A stretch of DNA of 64,000 nucleotides from Marsupella aquatica (Eukaryota; Plantae; Marchantiophyta), in assembly GCA_973895155.1 (NCBI GenBank), contig OZ316898.1:12737659-12801658 (forward strand), written 5' to 3'. The notes beneath the pieces were generated by a model. It was not told where the DNA came from. It was given only the letters and a program-made list of their open reading frames with translations, and did not search any database. A program made the position numbers and the translations under genes. Numbering within the stretch: position 1 is the stretch's first letter; every line of letters begins with the position of its first letter. Shown here piece after piece: positions 51,403 through 64,000 of this stretch.

Positions 51403-53216
51403 CGATTGGGAGGAACGGCCGCAGCGCAGGTCGTGAGATTGAAGGACGGCGAGGGCAGTGGGGTAGTGGCAGCAGACAGGTGCATAGCTCTCCTACTGCC
51501 GAAGGAGCTGAGCAGAAGGGTTTTCTCTCAACTTGATTACCGGGATCTCGTCCAGTGCTCCCTTGTTTGCAAGTAAGTAATGCGTGTTTCTGAACGTGGA
51601 GAAATTTCTCTTTCGAACGAGTGAAAATGTTTTTTAAACTTCACATCTCCTGATCCCTAACCTTTAAGAATTGGTTTGTTGTCTCAAATTCTCCGCTGGC
51701 TGTCTGTCCTAACCTTATGGCCTTCCCTCACCAAAATTGATCTTGTGAATTTCGGTGACAAACTATCAAACTCAGAAGTTTAGAGTAGTGCTTCTGTGTG
51801 GTCAGGACAGTATGAACTGGCCATGATGGAATGCTCCTCGATTTCCAGTTCCGTTCACACATGTCAGCATCGTGCTCTAGGCAAGCTTATGATGTGCGCC
51901 ACCATATATTTTGCAAGTTTGAGCCACTTGCATCACGACACAGGTCCGTTTGGATGTTCGTTAAATCATATTTGACGGTAATAGCTCTCTCTACAAGATG
52001 GCCTAGATATTGTCGAGAGACGTAATTTCTTTATGGGTTTGAGGCAAATGATTATATCGTTCTACTGCTGTTGCTTTACAGTTTTTGCCATATCTATTGA
52101 GCAGTCTTTGGGCGCATAGGGGACCAACATGTTCTCTAGAAAATGTTCGAGGCATCTGGGGATTCGATTCGTGGAAATAATTTATTGATGAAACTTGAAG
52201 TTTGACCCCTCTATTGTTTATTGTGGAGGCTTAGGTCGGTCGCCCTTATTTTTGTGCTGACAGCCGTACCTTTTCTGGGTTTCGGTGATGTGAGAAATAT
52301 CCATCTCCTAAATACCTTTGCTCCTTCATATGTGACCAGAAGGTTCTTTCAACTGTCCTGTACCCTAATTCTCCGTGATCTCAAAGATTTAATAGCTCGA
52401 CAGGGAACACATACAATAAATTGATGCCAATTGTACCCTAATTCCAATGAAAACACGAGACAATTGGCATCAAATCATTGTCTGGGTTCCCTTGGGGCCT
52501 AGTTACATCGGTCTTCTAGATCACCAATACGAAGGATGCTTTCATCAAATACTGCTTTCAAAATTTTGAATTTATCTATTATGAAATTCAACGTTTTTAA
52601 TGTTGACTGGTCCATTGATACGTTCATAAAAGGAATTGTAACCGTGATGGGGACCTTTTGTCTACTTGGCAAAGTCGGGCAAAGTCGGGCCATAGGATGA
52701 CGAAGATCTTTAGGTAGCATAGAGTATGAACTAAGGCAGACAAGCAAAGTCTTCAGCACCATCGCATGTTATTTAAGCACACAATTCTTTCGCGTAATTC
52801 TAGGTTGTAACGTATTGTGCCATCCGTCATGGAAGGATTTGCTCCCTACTGTACTAGAGAAGTCATTTCTGTGCCCTCTTGAGCCCTCTACTTTCTTCTA
52901 AGAGTGTCGTTAGTTGTTCTCAAGGATTTCTGTTTAGTCTAACACAAAGAACTTTTTATCCAAATCAGTTGGTCTCTGAATTCCTGGTCTGTCCTGTTTT
53001 TGGAATGCAACATCACGTCGTGTTAGCAACAAATGAGTGACTCTTGCCAATTTGCCTTGCAGGCAGTGGTATTTGGAGTCAACCGAGCTGAGACAAGGCT
53101 GGAAAGAGGAGTTATACTGGGAAGCTTGCTCTATTCGAGGTGTTCATTTTAGTTACAACAATGCACCGCCTTGTTATCCTCGTCTCCAGTTGTACCTTAC
53201 AGGCAGTCCAGACTAG
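51292..53216 (+). CDS. Small F-box protein, 2 exons, ~144 aa
   Basis: Exons 51292-51572 (AA|GTAAGT) and 53063-53216 (ccttgcag|G). The F-box LLLPKELSRRVFSQLDYRDLVQCSLVCK|QWY is continuous across the intron. N-terminal (QE)n is encoded by (CAGGAG)n. Confidence 0.85.
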
Positions 53217-53385
53217 CACAGATACAACCGAAGATCGAATGATCTCACTTTGGTAATGTCTGGCAAAGTTGATTTGTATTGTAACTGTTGAATAGAATGT
53301 CTCTATCCACATTTATTGTAAGGAGTTCTGTGGTCAGACCTTTATGAGTCTGTATACAAGATGATACTTATCAGATCGTCGTGTC

Positions 53386-53652
53386 ACGTCGTCTACATGT
53401 ACTTCAGTTGAAGTTTATTGGGTAGACTCTGGCAAGCACAGAGACAGGAAAACGTCGTCTACGTGTACTTCAATTGAAGTTATTAGGTAGACTATGGCAA
53501 GCACAGAGACATGAAAACGTCGTCTACATGTACTTCAATTGAAGTTTATTAGGTAGACTATGGCAAGCACAGAGACAGGGAAACGTCGTCTACATGTACT
53601 TCAATTGAAGTTATTAGGTAGACTATGGCCAGCACAGAGACGGGAAAAGTCG
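53386..53652. repeat. Four-copy 65/66-bp tandem array with internally palindromic units
   Basis: Units start at 53386, 53452, 53517 and 53583. Each contains gtctac...acttcaattgaagt...gtagac (copy 1 has acttcagttgaagt). Confidence 0.95.
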
Positions 53653-54586
53653 TTTTGGTGGTTTGTTGGCGTCTGCAGTGATTCATGCTGAGTCTGGGCT
53701 TTTTTGCCTGATTGTACTGATTGGCAATAGGTCTCACGAGAGGAATATAGAACAATTCCTCACAAGGGTAGAATTCCATTTCAGGGCAATAAAGCCAATC
53801 CAGACTAACTGCACATATTTGTTTCATCGAGGGTAACATGCAGTAATGCCCAAACAAGCTGACAATGAAGACCTCAATTGGCCTACTTCTTTGCGAGAAT
53901 CGCATCTGAGAGCAGATCCTCGTGATTGTTTGTAATACAACTGGAAATTTTAGGATGTTTAGGTGGAGTACCCGATAAAAACATCACTAAACGCAATTTA
54001 CATTGATTAGACTCTAAGGAAGGCCAAGAGAATTTTCACGGCTCAGAAGAAACAACATTGAGCAGGTAAAGCGTAGGATGGGTGCTCCTCTCGATATTTA
54101 ATACACAATTCACTGATCCTCGGGAGCACCTCCGACAGAAACAATTTCTCCGCTTTTGGAAGAGGATTCATATGGAAAATCCGATTGTAATCACGAAGGT
54201 GGGTCTAATCGAAGTATCAGCAGACCTTAATCTGCAGTGACATAGATGTTAAATAATGACAAAACCTGCTACTAGACCTAACCCCCGAGCCAATTTAACC
54301 GTACCCCGTTGCTAATATGTCGTGCTGCAGGTTACATGACTTTTGAAACAGCCAACTTGCCTAACCTCTAATAAAAGGGAGCCTGATGTATGTCCTCCAC
54401 AACAAGGGTAATGCGCGCCTGGATTGGTTGATTCCCTCTTAACTCTCGATCTTCTGAGCGAGGCTGTCTATTCTCTAAAATAACTGATCTTAATTAGGCT
54501 GACAAGAATGGTCAACTCTTGGCTTGCGGTACAAAACTGCCTCACTCAGTGGCTCCTGCTGTACACCCCACTGAGAGGGGGAGATA

Positions 54587-57500
54587 TCATGAACTTAACA
54601 TCTCCTGTAGTTCTTGAAATCCATGTGACACCGGATCCAATTGTGCTGCTGGAATGGCGAGTCTTCGGACCTCCGTCATGTATCTGCAAGAATGGTAAAG
54701 TTATGATAATGCGCTTTCATTCTAAATATGTTTTGTGTGCCATGCAGTTTTTCGAATAATGAAATTAAGGCAAAAATCGTCGTCTAAACCAAACTCAAGG
54801 GGCAACATAAAGCCTTCTCACGTGGGTAGCTTACCGATTTGCAGCGGTGCGGAGTTTGTCTTTGATCCCATTGTTGATAGCACCACTCTGTCCTGAGCTC
54901 AATGTTCCTCCCAATAGAAGTATACTTGCCCCAGTATTGGTGCCCATTTGTTGAGCAAGTACTGATATGGTCCACTCGCGCATTACATATAGCACAGATC
55001 GAAGCATGCGCAGTCTCAGAGGCGGGGAGGGCAATATTACTCCACTTGCAAGCAAATTCTCATAAGTTCGCTGCACAGGTTCTGCTGCTCCTTTGCATGC
55101 CACCAGCAATGCCCGCGCAATGTCCTCATCTCCTACGACCTCAACCCTTGCTGTCACTCTTTCCTGCAACAGCATAGAAACAAAGCCATCAGACTCTGTT
55201 GCATGCAGAAATAAGTGTACTTTGAGATACTGCACTTTGATTCTCATCCAAAACAGCACTATTGACCTAGGGATCGTCCCCCAAAACAGTCAATACATAA
55301 GATTGTACCTGCGCAGCCTTTTCAAGGTGGGCGCAAAGCGAATCGAGAGGGAGGCTCCCACCAACTCCAGGATAAAACTGGGGGCCAACTCGCCTAACCA
55401 CCACACAAGCTTCACCTATGCCCGCAAGTCCGATGGCTTGATCAAGCAACCGCAACCAGGTTTCTCTCATCACGCTATTTTCAGAATCACCAGAGTAATT
55501 GGAAAAGTTCAAGATTTCCAGGCATACCTGCAATCAAATCACAGATGTCAACACAGTTTCTTAGTTTTGCGACTACATACAGAACGGTCTATGTACCAGT
55601 CCACCTTTGCAGGGCCAGGTTCGCAACGTCAGCCTGTAGTGTTCTGGCTGTAAAGCACCCTTGTCAAACTGCTATTAAGATGGGAAAACTAAGAATTTGA
55701 TGAGTCATAAGGACCATTCCTACAATTTTACACGAGTTTTCAGAAGATTCATACCTCCCAAAGCTCAAAGGGGACGGCGTAATCATTGTACAATTGCGTG
55801 ATACTTTTTAGCTCATTCTCTAGTTCAGCAGCCTTCTCTTTTACAATCTGCATATGAACTCCTTCTGACATAGACCCTTGACGAGAGAAGCCGTCTTCTG
55901 GTCCAGCTGGACTGCCAAACGCAGTAGATTCAGGATGAGATGCTTCCAACTTGGCTGCCATGTTGTCCAGTTCATCCCGAATTTTGAGTTGAAAACGTAG
56001 AACTGCAAGTTTGCCCTCCAGAAGCTCCAATAACCCGCTATCTGAAATCTCTGTGGCTGAACCAAGGCCTGCAATACTATTGCTTGCACTCCTTGCTTGT
56101 AACACAGCAATGCTAAGATACTCGAACCTGCTCACCAACGACGAAGTACAGTTACTTAAACAGAATTGAATCGTCCAGACCATCTCGCCCCGCCTCGTTG
56201 TAAAAAAACTTCAAGTTACTACGATCTTTCGAGCTTCTTTCTCTCTGGAATTACTAGAATCTAGGAGGCTCCTGTAAACAAACCTCTTTTGAAGAGATAG
56301 ACTGTTGCTACCCTCCACCTGCCTCCTTTCTGCAAGTCGGAGTAAAACGTGGGCAGCAAGAGCATGCTGGCGTCTATGAACATAATACCGCGACAAAAGT
56401 TCTAAAAACGTAGCCTGTTCCTCTGTAATAGGTTGTCTAATTCGAGTAGATGATTGCACTGGAGGTGATGATGCTTGTCTCCTTCCACTGCTTGCCTGTG
56501 AGTTACAGTCACACAAACATGAGTCGGACACTAAAAAAAGAACTGGCCCAGTACTAACTGCATAGACGTCCAGAAACAGCGTCTATGCAGTTAAGAGTCC
56601 TGCGATGACAAAAATAATTCAACTCCTGGTCACACGACTTTGTCAGCCATAACCCCAGACATGTAAAGGAGCGATGAAACCACCTGTGACGTTTGGTAAT
56701 TTCCTGCACTTTGAAGGAAGGGCACCAAGTCAGGTCCTGCAAGTTCCAGCAGTTCATTTTCCATTTCCAATTCGATCATCGTCTGGTACAAGGCCCTGTG
56801 AAATGCACGATCTGGCCAGCGCACACCAAGTTGGACAATCTGCCGGACGTATGTCTCCCGGGCGGCATCATCCAGTGAAGGGCGTGGATTTAAAGCTTGT
56901 TTGGTTGGAGTTCCAGCCTCGGACGACTTGCCAGTGTTCCCCTTGATTGCCCGAAGGGCATTGGTCACAACCTCATAACATTGCTGTCTTGCAGAGAGTG
57001 CTGCTTGACGTCGATTTTCTTCCACTGCTTCGTTGAAAGCATCTTCAGCAGGATCAAGGGCACGAGCTTTACGCAACGGCAGCTCCACCACTGCTTCATA
57101 AAATCTGCATACATCATGTAAATACAGAGTCTACTGCATACCGACAAAATTCGGAGAAATGCTATCACAATTTTTGCATGATGAAGCTCACCTGATCTCT
57201 TCAAATCGTTGGCACACACTCAAAAGATCTGCAGTCTCAGGGACCCTCCCAAGAAGGTCTAACGCTTCAGATGCTAGATTATCCCTCTCTGCTGGATCTT
57301 GCACAGAGGCTGCTCGCTCTAGACACTCCACGGCTTGATAAAACATATAGTCGGACTCGTTGTAGTAACTTGGACATCCTTCTCTTAATTTGATGCTGAT
57401 ATCATCCACTGTGCCTCGCCCGTCTGGTGTCACATAGTACTGATAGACATACAATACAGGTAGTATCTAAGGAGCAAAATACATGCGAACTCAAAACCAT

Positions 57501-60500
57501 TCGTCCATTGCTTAGTACATAGGGCTGCCTTCCAGGAGGTAACAGAAGCAATCACGTCAGGGAAAACACCGAAATCGACAACCTCCTCAGTTACAGCCTT
57601 GGCATATCAAACACCACGAGACATAACAAACAGAAACCATAAAAAAAGGCATATTATTTATAGCAAATGATACCTCCATGAGACCGGCTACAAGGCGAGT
57701 GGCTATCTGCTCCCCGTCTTGGGAACACACAAGCTGGTGGAAAGTAAGTTGGCTCAGCTGCTGCCGGGTGGGAGCTCCCAGACTTTGTGCTAGGCGTGAC
57801 ACATGGTGATGTTGAAGCAGCTGTAACAATCTAAGAGCCTCTCCTGATCTCCTCAACAACCTCCTGATGCATTCTATGCCTCTAACCTGGTAAGCAGGGA
57901 CACAGTCAGACTCCAAAACCTTCTTCCTGCAAGTGATTGTAAGTGTAGACCTTTTCCTTCCTCGTATGAACAACTGATATTAAGTTATACTTTTCCCTTT
58001 CTGAGGTCACGAACTGCAAAATTCCAATGCATTCCAAGACTAGAAACACGGTTTCCAGACAACTTGTCCTTGGAGACAACAAGACTTGAACAAGCACCCA
58101 AGTCATCAGGCATTCTTAGAGACATCCAGGATTTCCCGCACAATATGGATTTCCCAGAATGCAAAAGGACGAAACATGATACGCCTTTCAATTACATTAA
58201 CCAGTACATCTGCCAACACCTTCCCTAAAGGATACTCAACATGAAATGGAATTGAATGTTTCTGTAAAAGGCGAGAAGAAGAAACCGAAACAGAAAAAAT
58301 AAAAATGAAACTGGCAAATAGGTTCACCTTTCCATCTTCCTTCTATACTGATGCAACAGACAGATTCAAGCTTACTAAGGAAATTATACCTCCATAGCCA
58401 ACAACTCTGAGGCACTGTAGGTCACACGCTGCCGTTTCTTCAAGCCACCAGCTCTATCCCCAATACTGCGGGCAGGTGGCGTGTCAAAACCGCCCAGCAC
58501 ATTTACACCACTCTCTCTCGCGTGACCATTGACACCAAAAGGTCGTCTCTCGCCATATCCTGACACATCGCCTGCACCTATAATTCGGCCATAAAGCCCT
58601 CTTCTTTCGTTTCTACGAGACCTAAGAAACTGCTCCAATGATCGAATCTTTTCTTCAAGTTTTTGCATTGCGTCTGCAGGTAGTCGGCAACTGAGAACTC
58701 CACCAGAGTCTCCATTTTGAGACCGGGTGTCCGCCCCCTTCCCTTTCACAGCCATAACAGGAAATTCCCAGACTGGCCGCAGTAGTCTCGCTGCACAAAG
58801 ACAGAGACCTTCATGTGCACCAGAAAAGACAGGCTCTGCATCTTGCACATTCTGCACAACACTAAATCCGCCCGTACCGCCAGATGGATTAGATTGACCT
58901 CCGGACACTCCCCCGTCTTGCATTTGGGGGACTCCCACCAACCGTGGATCCTCGTAGGCTTCAGCGGCCCTCTCCGCTACGGAAACTGAGACCAGGTTGT
59001 CGTCATCTGAAGTCAAACGTGAGGCCAAAAGCAAGCACATGGCAGCAGCCTCACCAGAGCCAAATCGTTGAAAGAATTCTTCTAACGCTGATCTGTGAGA
59101 CTTGCCCTCAAGCAGTTTCTGCAAAAGATCCACTGGTCTGTTGAAAACCAGTTCCATTATGCCCATAGTGTTCAAAATAACTGCTCTTCTCCTGGGTAAA
59201 ACATGCTGGGTGGCAAGATCTCCTATAGCCCACATCCTCCTAGCTCGAGTAACTTCTTCATCCGTGGCAGATATTGTCAGTTGACCGAGACCTCCGGGCT
59301 CCCATACAGAAGCTTCAAGAACAGCAGCGCCATCAGGAGCAGGCAATATGTCAGAAATTGCCAAGGCTCTCCCCTCAACGCCTAGCACTGTCACTGTCTC
59401 TCGCAGTGCATTTTTACTTCGAGAAGAGGTGCCGCTGGAGGTCAGTGAGGGATTGGTGTTTGTAGGCACTGGTATTGTTAGGTCTCGGGTTGTTACAAGA
59501 ACTCTTGATGCGGTGGCAGGAGACGCATCAGAGAGGATGAGAATCCCACTTGAATAGTTAGCAACCTCAACTTTTAAAGGGAAACCGTCAGTTGGAGGAC
59601 GAGTTCCCCCTGGTGTACTATTCAAAGGATGCACACCCCCGAGATTTGCAGGTGGCCCAGGTCGTGTCATGGCAACTCGTAGAACAGATGGGCGTTGCGA
59701 ATTCCCGCCTGTCCTGCCGGTAACATTTCCACTAGATGGAGCAGTTGATAAGTATATGCGCCGCCCATCAGAAGCGACTGCAACTAGATGTAAATACTTC
59801 GACTCGGTGGTGGTGAGAGGTGAAATGGAGACAATGGTAACCTTCCCGGCTCTGGCACCACCAGTTCTGCCCGCTGGTGGTCGTGCTACTCCATAGCGTG
59901 CATCTCTTTGATCACCGACACGGCTTTCTTCAGCAATTTTCTTAGGATTGCTGTCTCCTAACTTTCCAAGGTCGAATACTTGAATTTTGGATTCCTGTGT
60001 ACGGGTGTAGAGGATGTTCCTCTCCTCGTCAATCACAACCTCCACAACTGCATCTACAGCTCCGAACTTGAGGGCATTGGGGACCACCCACCTGAGTCCA
60101 CAACAACAACAAATGAGGAAACTTCTGTTATTGTCCACACCCGGGTTTACATGAAAAATGCTCCTTTGTCAAAAACATTGTCAGTCCTGTGCACAAAAGC
60201 CTACAGAAAGAGAAGGAACCAAAAAGCAATGGAGAAGACTCCCTCGACACTCTGCATGCTTAAATTAAAGTGTTGCTCAAACATTCCAGGCTTAGCATGA
60301 AATGCAGAAAAAACAAGAAACCTCACCAAACCAAGGACACAAAATTATTGATTTCCTCATGAGAGATCTCTAATCAATGAGAGTTTCAAATGGAAACCCC
60401 AGGTTACTGACACATTCATAAACCAAAAAATCGATATTTTACTATTCATGTGAAGGCAGTATTATAGGCCTGAGAAAGCCCACCTTGATAAGAGGCTACC

Positions 60501-62891
60501 TAGGCCTGCAGTGTGGCATACTTTTCGGCATCGCCTCTGCCATCCCGTGCCAGTTGTATAGAGAAGCTCATAGAGATGCCCATCTCGTCCTCCTAAGAAG
60601 ATTCGACCCTTCTCAGTGGTCGTAATGCAAGTTATTGGAACACCATCGGTGGCAATGGTGTATTGTGGCAAAATCTGCAATGAAATTTCTGCAAATGGAT
60701 CCCCGCCGTCACTGCTTGCACTGCAACAAACCCCAAGTAGGACAAGCTGCCCACATGTTGGTCACCATGTGGGTTGATTAATAGCGACTTCATTTTCAAT
60801 CAAGATCTACTCAGAAGTGATTTCATTTGTGAAAACAAAAAAGGCCCTTGGTTTGTTGAGGAAGATCGACTGGTCTGGACCACGCCCTGCTTAACTCTCG
60901 CTTCCAGAATGGCTGCTGTATGAGGGAGTGCCATTCAATCCAAAAGGCACAGCCAACTCTAGACATCCAAAATTTTCCAATTCTGCTAATGGTTTGTTAA
61001 TCTATTATATGCCTTTCCGTTTCAATGCATCCTTTTGGGGGAGAAATACCACTAATTTGTACTCTCGCTTCATACCTTGGTATTAATGTTCTCTAGCAAT
61101 GCCCATTAATAAGAGAACACTGGCAACTAATCAGTCTTAATCGTATTTCATTGTCATACCTCAACAGGATTTGCAAGAACCACCAGATATTGGATTGCTT
61201 CCACGAAGACTCCCGGTCTTGCTTTTGCCAGGCCGACAGCACATATCACTTGATCATCCCCACAATACTCAGGGCACTGTCCATCCCTAAGGAAGCAGCG
61301 TGGCAAATCTTAGCATCCAAGATAACCATAAACACTAAAAAAATGCCTAACCTCCGCTCCTCCGCACAACAATAATAACAACAGGTGGATCACAGTGCCA
61401 GCACAAGATTATTCGACAGACTTATTCTAGAGGTATGCGTCGACTTCTCCCACATCCTTGAATCAAGGTAGATAAGTACCATTTATCAAATCGCCAAAGA
61501 AAGAGAGTGTCGTCGACTGTTGCCCACGCCCTCCTTATGGACGGAAACATCCCACACAGAGCAGTACCTTGGCCTCCAGCCAAATTGTACCTCTCAATCA
61601 AGACAGGAGGAAGTTCTCTTGAATTCACGACATCAACGACGGGTGGCCACTGCAACATTTCGAGCGACACAGGAAAAATGACGCATTCAGTACAGTTAAG
61701 ACTTGTGACAAGGATAGGCTTCCACAGAAGGAACCCTGCAATACATGGTAAAAATTAATTTGCTAGAATTTCACGAGAAGGTGAGCGTAACTTCTCTTCC
61801 ACAGTATATTAGTCTGGGCACAAATTCACCACAAGAAATCCCCCGACTATACCGAGCTTTCAAACCTAAAGAACACGGCTCACGGAAGAAGGAACCGTTA
61901 TATACAGGGTACCTGTGCTTGAACTAAGATACATTTAGGGGGATACGTGAAAGGTGTAGAACATCGATCTCACAGTCAACTAAAAATTCCGCAGCAGCCT
62001 TCATGCATTGAGGCTCGCTGTTCAGACAGAATGGACCAATGACTACCATCCAACCTCCGTTATTCAAACACGTATTCTTCTTTCAATAAGGCTGCGGGCT
62101 CCTGACGGTAGCCGAATAGAAACCCCGACATACCTTGCCGTTTTGAAAGTGCCCGTATGCTCGTTGGGGCACTTGCATTGGTGGCATAGGAAAGGCGAAG
62201 GAAGTTAGCATAGGTTGATGTAAACAAAATGCATTGGCCATCACACACTACAGAGGAAACCTAAGACATCTCCAAGTTCATTTGAATCTGATTTTAAGCA
62301 GCCACGGATCTCCGCTAGGCCAAGTTGTCGCAAATGACGTGAGTCATTCAGAGAAAGATGAGACTTAAAACGTTGGCTTTTTCAAAGAATTCAGCTTGAT
62401 GATAGTAAAATTTCCCTGTTGCTTCTCAACTCAACAGAATTTTTTGACAACTGACGTCGTGGGATACAGGCCAGCTCTAACCACGTAGCATTTGATTCAC
62501 GAGCCAAAAATGTGAACATCTTATTACGGCTGCAATTGGGTCCGATAGGAGCTAAAGGTTGCGGAGGTCCCCAACAGTCCCAGCATAAGGAGGACCTCCC
62601 ACCACCACTCTAGCGTAATCGGCCTTTTGCGAGCTATATCCCAGAAGAGGATTTAATGAGATGGGGAATCCTAAAGTCCCAGAGCTGGAAACGCTGAAGC
62701 CTACTAGGAGGGTAGGCTGACTGACTTACTTCTTTGTTAGGAGACGAGTAAGGATTGGTTGCGAAGCGTGCATTATCCAGAGTATCGCTCAGGTCGCTAG
62801 AAGCAAAACGGGAATCTCTTGCGATGGAATCACCGACCAGCCGACCGGCTGCCTCAATGTCCGCAACCACGGCCTCCTCCTCCATATTCAT
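54587..62891 (-). CDS. NUP155: Nuclear pore complex protein Nup155 (Nup157/170 family), 13 exons, ~1511 aa
   Basis: Exons: 62891-62730, 61649-61480, 61286-61160, 60746-60484, 60091-58390, 57886-57674, 57439-57192, 57104-56684, 56495-56284, 56127-55755, 55527-55309, 55163-54835, 54683-54587. All are GT-AG with consistent phases (4536 nt). Motifs: ELPPVLIERYN...RRAWATVD, GRIFLGGRDGHLYEL, DLATQHVLPRRR, EPVFSGAHEGLCLC, LREGCPSYY, LKSITQLYNDYAVPFELWE. Confidence 0.97.
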
Positions 62892-63230
62892 TTCGTCCTC
62901 CACCAGTCCCCCGCTCCGGTGGTCCGGCTAGACGCTCCCTCGCTGCTGCCTCACGGATAATCACAAAACGAAATGTGTCTGAACCGGAGGATTGGCATGA
63001 TCAGTGACGAAATCTCCAAGGAAGAAATAATTTCTTTCCTTCAACAATTGGCCCCATCCTCCGCCTGCCAAGAACAAGAAGAGCCACCCTTGAGCTCTCG
63101 TCCCAGGTACACGTACATGCATTCCACCAAATCACACACGCTCCGTAGACTTCTCGCGTGATAAACATCCCACATTGCTCCCGGCGCACTCGATAAACGG
63201 ACAATCCAGCTCCAATGTAGTCACCCTGCC

Positions 63231-63240
63231 AAACCCTAAA
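63231..63240 (+). promoter_or_regulatory. Telo-box-like motif AAACCCTAAA upstream of the Nup155 start
   Basis: The motif is visible ~340 bp upstream of the ATG. Telo-boxes are common near plant housekeeping gene starts, but a short match like this could be chance. Confidence 0.35.
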
Positions 63241-63549
63241 CCTCCACACAACCGGTTCACGCACTTCTACTGTACAGAAAATTCCATAGTTTCGTTCAAT
63301 CGCTCTCACTCTGACTCTGATCTCCGTCTCAGTTTCAGCTGCGTGAATGCACAACAAACAATGCGCCTCCTTCCTTCTCAAGCCTGCCCGCGTCGAGAGC
63401 ACGATCCCACATTCCCACGGCGAGCACGCTGCAACGGGACGATATCTCACCTCCTCTTTGATGTCTGTTCCTTGATTCCAATTAGTGAACGACCATGGGA
63501 ATACTACTGTACACACTGGGACCGAGAACGTAAACTCTCTGGCTATGGG

Positions 63550-63730
63550 GCTACGGTTGAAAGATATATTTGAATAATTGATGGACCCCTAAATTTCGCT
63601 ACGGTCGAAAGATATATTTGAATAATTGATGGACCCCTAGATTTCGCTACGGTCGAAAGATATATTTGAATAATTGATGGACCCCTAAACTTCGAAAGAT
63701 ATACTTGAATACTTGATGGACCCCTAAATT
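63550..63730. repeat. 48-bp minisatellite, ~4 copies, upstream of Nup155
   Basis: gctacggt(c/t)gaaagatatatttgaataattgatggaccccta(a/g)atttc occurs three times, followed by a shortened fourth copy. Confidence 0.93.
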
Positions 63731-64000
63731 GAAATGTCTTATTTGATAGACCCCATGAATTTTTTGGTACATTGATTTGAGATCTATCAACCATCTTGAT
63801 CACTTATGGGTCCATCAAGAAACACTTTGCATTTTGGGGGTCAATGAAGGATCTCTCTAGGCTATGGCCAACCCGCCAAGGGATTAGCTTGGAACAAACT
63901 TGGAGTGGTCAATTGGCCAGGGAGGGGATTACTCTAGACCCCAGAGGGTTGGTAAACCCGATTAATGTAGAACTGAGAGGCCCCAGGTTGGTAAACCCTT

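Noticed and set aside
53386-53652. CRISPR-like array of palindromic repeats
   Set aside because: The inter-palindrome segments are near-identical rather than unique spacers, there are no cas genes, and the context is eukaryotic.
55093-59896. Plus-strand ORFs up to 186 aa overlapping Nup155
   Set aside because: They are antisense shadows of coding exons with no independent evidence.
63543-63803. ORF with repeated KFRGPSIIQIYLSTVA
   Set aside because: It is a by-product of the 48-bp tandem repeat, whose unit is divisible by three.

Overview
Intron-rich eukaryotic nuclear DNA from a land plant, most likely a bryophyte such as a liverwort (inferred from protein similarity and intron and intergenic style; not proven). 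Five protein genes were assembled by hand from GT-AG junctions: the 5' end of homomeric acetyl-CoA carboxylase (-, runs off the window), AP-1/AP-2 beta-adaptin (-, 15 exons, ~910 aa), a clade-C PP2C (+, 3 exons, ~581 aa), a small F-box protein (+, 2 exons, ~144 aa) and nucleoporin Nup155 (-, 13 exons, ~1511 aa). The intergenic DNA holds two related Copia-type solo LTRs with perfect 5-bp TSDs in opposite orientation, plus a third degraded copy. One of them interrupts a decayed RLE-type non-LTR retrotransposon. Also present: a Tourist-like MITE with a centred palindrome, nested inverted repeats upstream of ACC, a 1.3-kb gene-like insert between 52-bp direct repeats, a duplicated cassette of inositol-transporter and alpha/beta-hydrolase pseudogene fragments, and several minisatellites, including a palindromic 65/66-bp array between convergent 3' ends. 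I found no CRISPR array, rRNA or intact tRNA, and no convincing new multi-gene system. The best leads are structural or regulatory and are ranked below.
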